From: Tepidisphaerales bacterium
GTDB lineage: Bacteria; Planctomycetota; Phycisphaerae; Tepidisphaerales; Tepidisphaeraceae
Direction: 5' to 3'
Length of the DNA: 32,000 bases
NCBI GenBank assembly: GCA_038240605.1
Contig: JBBSDP010000011.1
Span: 75,182-107,181 of the forward strand
Shown here: positions 19,132-27,063 of the stretch, piece by piece
How positions within the stretch are numbered: position 1 is the stretch's first letter
How the letters are laid out: the number at the start of each line of letters is the position of its first letter
Program-made: the position numbers and the translations under genes
The notes under the pieces: model-generated
Told to the model about the DNA's origin: nothing
The model's input: the letters and a program-made list of their open reading frames with translations, nothing else
Database searches by the model: none

Positions 19132-19291
19132 GCTCTTTGGTACGGCAAGTCGGCTGATCCGTGGTCGTCGTTCAATCGCTACAAGAGCCGCGGGCAGCGA
19201 GGAATCGGCCACAATTCGTCGCAACCTTTATGAAAATCACACAAGACGATGCGCTGTCGCTCACACGATTCGTAATGATTCCACACAAAAT

Positions 19292-20119
19292 ATGGACTCT
19301 CAGACCATCCAGCGGCAATACGACGACGTCATCGCGGCCCATTACGATCTCGATCCCCAGTCGGTGAACGACCGGGCACTCGACGGCGCGATTCATCAGA
19401 TCCGCAAGCACCACCTCTTCGAGGAAGGAGGCGGGTCGCTCAAGGTCCTCGATGTCGGCGTCGGCACCGGCAAGCTGCTCGCCCGGCTTAAGGAGCTCGG
19501 CGGACATCGCGTCAGCCCGTTTGGCCTCGACTTCTCCGAGAAAATGGTCGAGACGGCCTGCCGCAAGGTCCCGGACCTGGTCGCGGAAGTCGATGACGCC
19601 GCCAACCTCGCCGCGCATTTCACGGCCGAGTCGTTCGACGTCATCTGCACGCACTTCATCACCGGCTACGTCCCGATGGCCACGCTGGCGCCGCAGATTC
19701 ACAGGCGCCTTGCCAAAGGGGGTCACTGGTCGTTTGTCGGCGGCACGCAGGCGGGCTTCCCCGCGCTGCGGGCGACCGCCAATCGAAGGCTTGTGCGCCT
19801 GGCGTTCGGCCGCGGCCGCAAGCTCGCCCCCGAACCGATGACCTGCAATCCCAACGACCGCGCCGAAGTAGTCAAGACGCTCGAGGCCAACGGCTTTGCG
19901 GTACGCGCCGCCGAAACGTTTGAGCCCGGCCTGCTCTTCAGCAACTTCGAGGAATTCATGAGTTTCGGCTATCGCGGCGGATGGCTCACGCCCTTCATCG
20001 AAACGCTGGGCCTGCACAAGGCCGGCCCGATCACGCGGATGCTGCTGGACACGATGGTCTTCCCGATCGAAGACCACCACAGCATCGAAATTGTCCTCGC
20101 GCAAAAGGTGAATGACTGA
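19292..20119 (+). CDS. Class I SAM-dependent methyltransferase
   Basis: ORF 18893..20119. Its upstream part overlaps the GH2-like gene start, so the preferred start is ATG 19292 (MDSQTIQRQYDDVIAAHYD...). Motif I LKVLDVGVGTGKLLARL. Confidence 0.8.
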   Translation: MDSQTIQRQYDDVIAAHYDLDPQSVNDRALDGAIHQIRKHHLFEEGGGSLKVLDVGVGTGKLLARLKELGGHRVSPFGLDFSEKMVETACRKVPDLVAEVDDAANLAAHFTAESFDVICTHFITGYVPMATLAPQIHRRLAKGGHWSFVGGTQAGFPALRATANRRLVRLAFGRGRKLAPEPMTCNPNDRAEVVKTLEANGFAVRAAETFEPGLLFSNFEEFMSFGYRGGWLTPFIETLGLHKAGPITRMLLDTMVFPIEDHHSIEIVLAQKVND

Positions 20120-20122
20120 CGA

Positions 20123-20150
20123 GCCCGCACGCGCATGTGCGCGAGCGGGC
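20123..20150. promoter_or_regulatory. GC-rich intercistronic inverted repeat between the methyltransferase and GT4 genes
   Basis: GCCCGCaCGCGCA (20123-20135) / TGCGCGaGCGGGC (20138-20150): 13-nt arms with one A/A mismatch and a 2-nt centre. Starts 4 nt after the methyltransferase stop. The GGAGG of the GT4 gene follows about 20 nt downstream. Confidence 0.3.
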
Positions 20151-20182
20151 CATGGACGGCGCAGTTACCACGGAGGTGTTCG

Positions 20183-21475
20183 ATGCGCATCGCCATCATC
20201 TCAGAAGTCTTCCTCCCCAAGATCGACGGCGTCGTCAACCGCACGCTGAACCTCGTGCGCCAGCTCCCGCGCCACGGCGATGAACTGCTGGTCGTCTGCC
20301 CGCGCGCGCCCGGCTGCAAAGACTCGCCCGCCCGCGTCGTTGATGTTCCCAGTTTTCCCTTTCCTCCCTATCCGGAGTACCGCATCGGCCTGCCCGGCGA
20401 GGAACTCGTCGAGACGATTCGATCCTTCGCCCCCGACGTGATCCATTACGTCAACCCGTTCGCGTTCGGGTTCCGCTGCCACGATGTGCTGCATCAGGCC
20501 GGCATCGAAGCCCCGACCGTCTTCTCCTTCCACACGCTCTACGGGGAATTCGTCAAGCAATACCGCGTCATGCGCCCCCTCTCGGCGCTCCTCTGGTGGC
20601 TGACGCGCGAGTACCACAATCGGGCTCACCAGAACCTGACCGTCTCCCCGATCATGCGCCAGGAATTGATCGAACGCGACTTCCAGCGCGTCGAGCTGTG
20701 GCCCCCGGCGGTTGACACCGAACGCTTTCACCCCGGCCGGCGCTCTGTCGAAATGCGCGCCCGCCTCACCGGCGGACGCCCCGAGCGCCCGCTGCTCCTC
20801 ACCGTCAGCCGTCTCGCGCCCGAGAAGAACGTCGCCTTCTTGGCAGATGTCCTGCGCGCCATGCCCGACGTCACGCTCGCGATCGTCGGCGATGGTCCCG
20901 GCCGCGCGGATCTGGAACGACGATTTGAAGGAACCGATACTCGCTTCATCGGCTATCTCGCCGGGGATGAACTGGCCACGGCTTACGCCTCCGCCGACGC
21001 GTTCGTCTACGCTTCCGAAACTGAAACGATGGGAAACGTCGTCCTCGAAGCGATGGCCTCCGGCGCGGCGGTCATCGCGCCACGGGCCGGCGGGATCCCC
21101 AACCTCTTCACTCACCAGGAAAGCGGCTTTCTCTACGAGCCGCGCAACCTGGCGGAAGCCGTCAGTTTCACGACCGGCGTCCTTCGCGATTCCACCCTGC
21201 GCGAACAAATCGGCGCCGCGGCACGCGAGGCGGTCGAAGGGCGCAACTGGGTGGAATCGATCGAGCGCGTTCGCGGGGTGTACGTGCAGGCGATTGAACA
21301 GAGCCTTTGTCCTGCCCCGGCCCCCACCTGGCGCGAACCGGTTTCGCGCGCGGTCATGCTGGGTCTGGTCTCGATATTCCGCGCGATCTCGTACCTCGCG
21401 GGCCCCAAGAGCCCCACGCCGGCGGCCGCAGCCGTGTTCGCGCCCAAGGAAGCCACCGAGCCGTCGCTCGTCTGA
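20183..21475 (+). CDS. GT4 glycosyltransferase of the SQD2/SqdX/MgtA-like (lipid-acceptor) subgroup
   Basis: ORF 20135..21475, preferred ATG 20183 after GGAGG. MRIAIISEVFLPKIDGVVNRTLNLVRQL...; ...LWPPAVDTERFHPGRRSVEMRARLTGGRPERPLLLTVSRLAPEKN...; ...IVGDGPGRADLERRF...GDELATAYASADAFVYASETETMGNVVLEAMASGAAVIAPRAGGIPN.... By memory this follows the plant SQD2, cyanobacterial SqdX and actinobacterial MgtA pattern almost block for block. Confidence 0.85.
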   Translation: MRIAIISEVFLPKIDGVVNRTLNLVRQLPRHGDELLVVCPRAPGCKDSPARVVDVPSFPFPPYPEYRIGLPGEELVETIRSFAPDVIHYVNPFAFGFRCHDVLHQAGIEAPTVFSFHTLYGEFVKQYRVMRPLSALLWWLTREYHNRAHQNLTVSPIMRQELIERDFQRVELWPPAVDTERFHPGRRSVEMRARLTGGRPERPLLLTVSRLAPEKNVAFLADVLRAMPDVTLAIVGDGPGRADLERRFEGTDTRFIGYLAGDELATAYASADAFVYASETETMGNVVLEAMASGAAVIAPRAGGIPNLFTHQESGFLYEPRNLAEAVSFTTGVLRDSTLREQIGAAAREAVEGRNWVESIERVRGVYVQAIEQSLCPAPAPTWREPVSRAVMLGLVSIFRAISYLAGPKSPTPAAAAVFAPKEATEPSLV

Positions 21476-22000
21476 TCAGTGCGATGTCGATCGCGCCCAG
21501 CTTTTCCGATCGAACATCAGGAAGTTCATGATCATCGGCACTTCCAGGAACAGCAGGATCACGAACCGAGCCATCCCCTTCGTGTACTTGCGGTTGAATT
21601 CCGCCATGTCATGTTCGATGTGGAACTTCTTGTGGCTCCAATTCTGAAGCTGGTAGGCCACCGGGATCATGATCGCGTACGCCCAGATCGGCAGCGTCGG
21701 GATTTCCAGCACCGCCGACACGAGGAGACCCACCAGCCCCGCCGTCACCACCAGAACGCGGAACGGCAGGCAGATCGATAGCGACAGCAGGTATGCGATC
21801 CCCAGTCCGACCGGCGCCCAGGGGCTGCCCGTGAGCCGCAAGACGATCCCGTAGACCGCGTACCAGATGATGAACAGCGCCGCCAGGTGCAGCACGTTAA
21901 TCCCCAGTTGCGAGTGCCGGCACAGGTGCCGCGCATACAACTCGCGGAAATCAACACGCAGCAGGCTGAACGGCTGCGACGGGATTGCCTGAACTTCCAT
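21476..22000 (-). CDS. Small polytopic membrane protein, tentatively Mpo1/DUF962-like
   Basis: ORF 21476..22015, preferred ATG 21998-22000 (MEVQAIPS...) after GGGAGG. About 5 hydrophobic segments. ...YARHLCRHSQLGINVLHL... and ...YQLQNWSHKKFHIEHDMAEF... resemble the His-containing DUF962 blocks, but the family call is weak. Confidence 0.6.
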   Translation of the reverse strand: MEVQAIPSQPFSLLRVDFRELYARHLCRHSQLGINVLHLAALFIIWYAVYGIVLRLTGSPWAPVGLGIAYLLSLSICLPFRVLVVTAGLVGLLVSAVLEIPTLPIWAYAIMIPVAYQLQNWSHKKFHIEHDMAEFNRKYTKGMARFVILLFLEVPMIMNFLMFDRKSWARSTSH

Positions 22001-24131
22001 AGGAGGACCTCCCAAAGAACGCGGACCTGACCACCCGGAAGGCCGCGGCGGCCAGCAACAAAACGAACGGCCGGTTCAACACATCAACGATTGTCGCGCA
22101 CGCCTCGCGAATCACCGCCGGATCGCTCGATAGCGACGGCGTGATCTTCAACACGTTCGGCTCGTACTGACAAAACCCCGCGAGCACCGGCATCCCGCGT
22201 GAATGTCGCAACATCCCCAGCACGTAAAACAGATAGAGCCGATTGCGAAGCCAGCGCTGCGGCCAGCGCCGCGCATCCAGCTCGATCCCGATCAGCAGCC
22301 CAAACACCCGCACCGCGCGCACGGCCCGGTTCGATCCTACTCCCGCTTTCAATAGCCGCTCAACCAGCTCCCCCGACTCGGCGACGCGCGCCTCCAGGCC
22401 CAGCGCCGCCGCTCGCGACAGCACGTTCAGCACCGTCTTGTACCCGTATTCATACCCATAGCGCGCCTGGAACTGCGCGGGGAGATCCGAGCCCGCCCGC
22501 GCGAGCTGTGCCGCCAGGCCCGCCGAATACATCACCAGCGCGAACGGGAACATCATGTCCGAGACGCCCTTGCCGACGACCAGCAGGTCCGGCGAGATCC
22601 CCATCGCCACCGACCGCGCGAACGGGCCGGTGCGATACATCCCCGTCTGCACTTCGTCCACCAGCAGCAGGTATCCCCAGCGCGCTCGCCCCGCCGCCAG
22701 GTGCCGCGCCACCGCCTCCGGCACCGCCCGCACGCCCCCCACGCCCTGCACCAGCTCGAGCTGAACCACCGCCACGGGCGCCTCCGCCAGCAATCGATCG
22801 ATCCGCGCCAGGGCGTCCGGCGCGAACGGGTCGACGTAGACAACGTCGTCATACAGCGGCGCGATGTGCTGCTTGTACGACGGCTTGGCCGTTCCGGTCA
22901 GTGCGAACAGCGTCTTGCCGCCGAACCCCGATGCCAGAGCCAGCACGCGCCGTCGTGGCGATTGCGCCACCAGCGCCATCTTCAGCGCGTTCTCCACCGC
23001 CGTCGCGCCGCTGACGGCGGGTACGCAATGCTCCAGCCCGCTCAACTCCCGCAGCCGTGCCGTGACCTGCTCTACGACCTCGCCCCCGTTCCCCAGCGAC
23101 TCGATCTCGCGCGCATATCCCGGCGGGTTGTGGCCGCGCACACTGCACGCAACACCGCTGACGCCGTCGTACACGCGCCGGCCCCCCTCGGCGAACACGA
23201 AATCCCCCGCCGCCCGCACCTCCGCCTTCTCAAATCCCGACGCCCGAATGGCCTTAAAGAGCGACGCGCTATAGAGCCGTCGGAAGAGCGCCGCGCGATA
23301 TGGCAGATCGGTTTCGATCGCCCTCAGATTCTGCTCGACCGATTCGAAAAACGCCGGATCATTCGACGAAAGACACGACATGAAGTGCAGTGAGCAAATC
23401 GTGTTCGGCTGATACGTCGTGGAGTGAAACGTCGTCTTACCCTTGCGGTTCCAGTGCTCGTACAACTCCCGGCGCGCCGCGAACGCGCCGAAGGCGAGGT
23501 CTCGGTTCGCGAACGAATCATCGAAGACGACGATGTCGGGCGACACCTTCGTCACCGCCCCGCCGCGACCGTCGCGAATGGCCGCAAGACTTTGCCTCGA
23601 GACGGCGGTGATCCATAGCGGCCGCCTTCCCGTCGACCCCGGTTGAAACAAGGATTGGATCTCCTCCGCCGCCGACTCAAAATCACCCACGGACTTTTCG
23701 CCCACGATCAGCGCTATGAACCCAAACTCAGCATCCTTCGGCGCGGCCGCGGCGACCGACTCCACTACCGTCAGCCCCGGCAGAAATTCGATCAGCTCCC
23801 CGTTCGCGCCAGGCGCCGAGGCGAACGGACCGAGGCGGCTCTCAGGGTCGATGATCAACCCGTGGGTCGAGCGCCCTTCGACGTCAGCGGCATATCGCGC
23901 TAGCTTGATCGCGCCGCCCAGCGCTTCGTCGAAGCCGTTGGCCAGATAGGTCTGAAATTCGTGCGGCCCGCCGTCGCTCCCGCGCTCCTCCCACGTCATC
24001 TGCGCGTATTGCTCCAGGCAGTAACAGACCTGCGTGACGTGCGGGTTGACGTAGAGCCGGAACAGGTTCGGCATCTGCTCCCGGATCATCCGGGCGAAGG
24101 TCTCATTGATGGTGGGCGACGACGGCGTCAT
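21951..24131 (-). CDS. Class-III (PLP) aminotransferase with an N-terminal degenerate aminotransferase-like pseudo-domain
   Basis: 726 aa. C-terminal domain: ...GHNPPGYAREI..., ...SGATAVENALKMAL..., ...LLLVDEVQTGMYRTGPFA...SPDLLVVGKGVSD... (canonical Asp and Lys present). N-terminal ~330 aa: ...YLANGFDEALGGAIKLARY... and ...SPDIVVFDDSFANRDLAFGAF...TFHSTTYQPN.... Confidence 0.85.
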   Translation of the reverse strand: MTPSSPTINETFARMIREQMPNLFRLYVNPHVTQVCYCLEQYAQMTWEERGSDGGPHEFQTYLANGFDEALGGAIKLARYAADVEGRSTHGLIIDPESRLGPFASAPGANGELIEFLPGLTVVESVAAAAPKDAEFGFIALIVGEKSVGDFESAAEEIQSLFQPGSTGRRPLWITAVSRQSLAAIRDGRGGAVTKVSPDIVVFDDSFANRDLAFGAFAARRELYEHWNRKGKTTFHSTTYQPNTICSLHFMSCLSSNDPAFFESVEQNLRAIETDLPYRAALFRRLYSASLFKAIRASGFEKAEVRAAGDFVFAEGGRRVYDGVSGVACSVRGHNPPGYAREIESLGNGGEVVEQVTARLRELSGLEHCVPAVSGATAVENALKMALVAQSPRRRVLALASGFGGKTLFALTGTAKPSYKQHIAPLYDDVVYVDPFAPDALARIDRLLAEAPVAVVQLELVQGVGGVRAVPEAVARHLAAGRARWGYLLLVDEVQTGMYRTGPFARSVAMGISPDLLVVGKGVSDMMFPFALVMYSAGLAAQLARAGSDLPAQFQARYGYEYGYKTVLNVLSRAAALGLEARVAESGELVERLLKAGVGSNRAVRAVRVFGLLIGIELDARRWPQRWLRNRLYLFYVLGMLRHSRGMPVLAGFCQYEPNVLKITPSLSSDPAVIREACATIVDVLNRPFVLLLAAAAFRVVRSAFFGRSSYGSSGNPVAAVQPAAC

Positions 24132-24137
24132 ACGTTC

Positions 24138-26177
24138 TCACATGCTCTGCTTGCCCGGGTTGGCGCGAATGACCGCAAACGTTCGCTTCAAATAACCCTC
24201 CACCGCTCCCCGGTTCTTGCGTACCGTGAACATGTCGCACGACACGCAGTCGCTGTCGCGAAACTCCGAATGCGGCAGCCCATCCCGGCGGATGTACCGA
24301 AGCTGAATCTTTCGCACGGGCAGCGATCGGTGGTCCTTCCAGAACTGGAGGAACTCATCGGGCGTGAAGAACAGCTCCACGTGCCACGCCAGCCGTCGCG
24401 TCAATGTGTGCATGAGCCAGGCCGTTACCCGGTTTTCCTCCAGCCGGTCCCAGAGCCGGCCGAGGCTGTCGCGCGGCACTTCCAGCACCGGAGAACTCGC
24501 GTCGCCGGCATCGTTGTAATACTGATAGAGCGTCGCCGCACTGCCCGATGCATTGGCCTTGCGCACCTCCACGTTCGCCGCCCGCTCATCGCGCAGCGCA
24601 TCGAGCAACAACGGGCCGTCCGGATCCTCCAGCGTCTGTTCGCGCACGTAGTAGCGCGACGCCGGCTTCACCCGCATGCGCAGACGCAACAGCAGCACGT
24701 CGCTCGAGAGGTTGTAAACGTGCTCGCGGAATTCAGGCGCCTCACGCCGAGCGGCGATGATCCGGTCGGCGTGCGGGTCGTAGAAGACCGCCCGGGTGAA
24801 CGTGTCGGCGACGCAGGAATAATCCGCCGCCGATCCGTGAATGGGGACGAAGAAAGCGGTGCCGAGCGTGACGTACGAATAATTCGGGATGACGTACAGG
24901 TCCTGCCGATCGGGTGCATGACAGTTTCGGCGGCGAACCTCCTCCCCCCTCTCCCAGTACTCTGGGAGAGGGTTGGGGTGAGGGCAGTTCCCTCGGAGGC
25001 CGGGGCGAAAACCCTCACCCCCGCCCTCTCCCGGCGTACCGGGAGAGGGAGAATCAATTTGGGGCACCGAATCTGTCACGCGCTCCTGCCGATCCGCGGA
25101 GAGGAAGTCGCGCGCCCGGCGGATCGTCGTCCCGCAATCCGCTCCCACCAGATCAGGGGCATAGCGCCGGATGCGATTCAGTTTCACGGTGGAGACGATC
25201 GTCCGTCCCGGATACCGATGCCCGAAATGGTTGACCCCATTGTTGTATCCGACCACTTTCACGTACGGCACGTTGTACGGGTTATAGAGCGCGAGCAATT
25301 CGCCGAACGATGCGGGCCGCAAAGTGCCCACGTTCCAGCTTCGCAGCAATGCGTTCTTGCGCGCCATTCGTTCCAGGACGAACGCCGCCAGCAGGCCAAC
25401 GCCGGTCAGCGCCAGCGCAGCGCAGACGATTTGCAGCAACAGGTGGAAAAACGTGGCGGGCGGGTGTTCCGCCAGCCGTTCCCGCCACGCCCGATTTTCC
25501 CCCAGCATGACCAGGCACCGCACGCGCCGCCGAGAACCCGATGCGGGCGATTGCGTTTCGCCGTCGGCCCACGGCCGACGGATCTCCCGATCGATCGCCG
25601 CAAAAAGTTCCGACCCCTCCAGGCAGCACCCGCGCAATCGACGCGAGACCAGCGGATACAGGAAGCCGAGCCTGCGAAGCGATGCCGTCGTTCGCGATTC
25701 GGGACTGAGCACGCACCCGGTCTCGAAGAGGACGATCGGCATCGTCGTGGCGTCGTCCGTTCCACCCTGAACGTCGCCCAGCATCTGTAGGACGTCGCTA
25801 ATCCCGCTGCCGAACCGGTATTCTGTGACGACAATCACTCGCCGCGCCGCAAGTCGCTGGGCCGTCCCGATCCAGCGCTGCGCCACGGCCGCAACCTCTG
25901 GCGAAAACGTCGGCGGCAGGAACAGCACCAGCGATGCAATCTGTCCCTGCATTGTCGGCGATGACTGTGGCGACCCGCGCGAGTCATCGATGAACCGCAC
26001 CGCGCCCCCTCCATCGCGCGCCGTGGCCGCCTTTGCTACCGAGTGGATGGAGTAGTCCGAGGCCACCCCGTCCCCCAGCCCCACGACCAGCACCGCTTCC
26101 GCGGCGTCGGTCGCTCCAGCGCGGCCTGCTTCCACGGCTGTCGTTTCAGGCGCCGTAAGTAAAGAGAGGCTGGCCAT
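24138..26177 (-). CDS. Membrane-anchored FAD-binding (PCMH/VAO-type, ALO/DprE1-like) oxidoreductase-like protein with an unknown ~230-aa N-terminal domain; carries an in-frame repeat-element insertion
   Basis: 679 aa. One TM segment (FFHLLLQIVCAALALTGVGLLAAFVL). ...YVKVVGYNNGVNHFGHRYPG... and ...YVTLGTAFFVPIHGSA... resemble FAD_binding_4. The C-terminus ...IQLRYIRRDGLPHSEFRDSDCVSCDMF... resembles the ALO-type cap. The family call is tentative. The start overlaps the psd-like stop by 32 nt. Confidence 0.7.
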   Translation of the reverse strand: MASLSLLTAPETTAVEAGRAGATDAAEAVLVVGLGDGVASDYSIHSVAKAATARDGGGAVRFIDDSRGSPQSSPTMQGQIASLVLFLPPTFSPEVAAVAQRWIGTAQRLAARRVIVVTEYRFGSGISDVLQMLGDVQGGTDDATTMPIVLFETGCVLSPESRTTASLRRLGFLYPLVSRRLRGCCLEGSELFAAIDREIRRPWADGETQSPASGSRRRVRCLVMLGENRAWRERLAEHPPATFFHLLLQIVCAALALTGVGLLAAFVLERMARKNALLRSWNVGTLRPASFGELLALYNPYNVPYVKVVGYNNGVNHFGHRYPGRTIVSTVKLNRIRRYAPDLVGADCGTTIRRARDFLSADRQERVTDSVPQIDSPSPGTPGEGGGEGFRPGLRGNCPHPNPLPEYWERGEEVRRRNCHAPDRQDLYVIPNYSYVTLGTAFFVPIHGSAADYSCVADTFTRAVFYDPHADRIIAARREAPEFREHVYNLSSDVLLLRLRMRVKPASRYYVREQTLEDPDGPLLLDALRDERAANVEVRKANASGSAATLYQYYNDAGDASSPVLEVPRDSLGRLWDRLEENRVTAWLMHTLTRRLAWHVELFFTPDEFLQFWKDHRSLPVRKIQLRYIRRDGLPHSEFRDSDCVSCDMFTVRKNRGAVEGYLKRTFAVIRANPGKQSM
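24901..25094. mobile_element. MITE/REP-like palindromic element with an 11-bp flanking direct repeat, inserted in frame in the CDS
   Basis: Direct repeat TCCTGCCGATC at 24901-24911 and 25084-25094. Inverted termini TGACAGTTTCGG (24919-24930) / CCGAATCTGTCA (25067-25078), 11/12 complementary. Internal hairpins at 24947-24972 and 25024-25049, plus the pairing 24975-24984 / 25012-25021. Confidence 0.65.
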
Positions 26178-27036
26178 ATTTCACCTTCTCGTTGGGCGAC
26201 ACTTCATCCGTGATGTCGTCGGCCGGCGGGGTGATCAGCACCACCGTCGAACCCAGCTCGAACGTCCCCACCCACTGCCCGCGCTCCACCGACACCGGCG
26301 GCGAAAAAACCTCCGCCGCCGCCACGCGCTTCTTCGGCCGGAAGTGCGGCGCCAGCGGAAGCCGGATGTTCCCCACGCCCCACCCCGCCACCATCACCAG
26401 CAGGCACGGGCCCAGCCGGGTCGAGAATCGCAGGATCATCCGCTCGTTGAGCGTGTAGACCGGATAGGCCGACGTCTGGAACGGCGGGTGCACCAGCAGC
26501 CGTGCGCCGGGAACATGAATCGCTTTCTCCAGCAACCCGTCCTGCGGACTGAAGACGCGATGACAGTCGATCGGCGACAGAAACACGATCGCGAACCGCC
26601 CCTGCTCGAAGGGGCGCGGATCCGTCCGCGGCAAGAGCGATTCCAGGCTGTACTCGATCCCCTTGAGTGTCAGCAGCCGTCCCTGCTCCACCCGCCCCAC
26701 ATCCTGCACCGTCCCGTCCGATGGACACAGAAACTGGCGAGTTCCCTGCGGGATCGGACGGAACTGCGGCTTGATCCCGCGCGTGAAGAGCGCATTCAGC
26801 GACGGATACTCGGCCAGCGGCTTCTCCGCTTCCCCTTCGTTCAACCCCGGCGGATATTTTTTCGTGAAGATGCCCCGGTAGAGCGAAGGCCGCAGCCGGC
26901 GCGCGGGAATGCGCAGGCGCGAGAGGCGGATCCCCAGCGCCGCCACCAGCAGCTTGGGGAGGCTGCCATGGATCTGCTTCGCCTGGCGGAACTGCTCCCG
27001 CCGGATCCGCCGCGAATTTCGTTTCACCTTGATCAT
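26146..27036 (-). CDS. psd: Phosphatidylserine decarboxylase family proenzyme (short type)
   Basis: 296 aa. ...FLCPSDGTV..., ...VFLSPIDCHRVFSP... (the LSPxDYHR-type block), and the ...FELGSTVVL... self-cleavage LGST motif. Confidence 0.85.
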   Translation of the reverse strand: MIKVKRNSRRIRREQFRQAKQIHGSLPKLLVAALGIRLSRLRIPARRLRPSLYRGIFTKKYPPGLNEGEAEKPLAEYPSLNALFTRGIKPQFRPIPQGTRQFLCPSDGTVQDVGRVEQGRLLTLKGIEYSLESLLPRTDPRPFEQGRFAIVFLSPIDCHRVFSPQDGLLEKAIHVPGARLLVHPPFQTSAYPVYTLNERMILRFSTRLGPCLLVMVAGWGVGNIRLPLAPHFRPKKRVAAAEVFSPPVSVERGQWVGTFELGSTVVLITPPADDITDEVSPNEKVKYGQPLFTYGA

Positions 27037-27063
27037 GAGCGGAATTGGATGCAGGTTCGAGAA

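Noticed and set aside
16882-19233. 783-aa plus-strand ORF, and other long ORFs at 15865..16797 and 16802..17680
   Set aside because: They lie entirely inside or antisense to the GH2-like gene. The composition is Arg/Pro-rich and no domain pattern is recognisable.
18893-19291. N-terminal 133 aa of the 408-aa ORF 18893..20119, and likewise the upstream extensions of ORFs 2074, 3116, 8610, 20135, 29840, 7225..8073, 7982..8905 and 895..2088
   Set aside because: The extensions overlap neighbouring genes or promoter regions, lack family similarity, and precede internal starts that have good SD motifs and family-typical N-termini.
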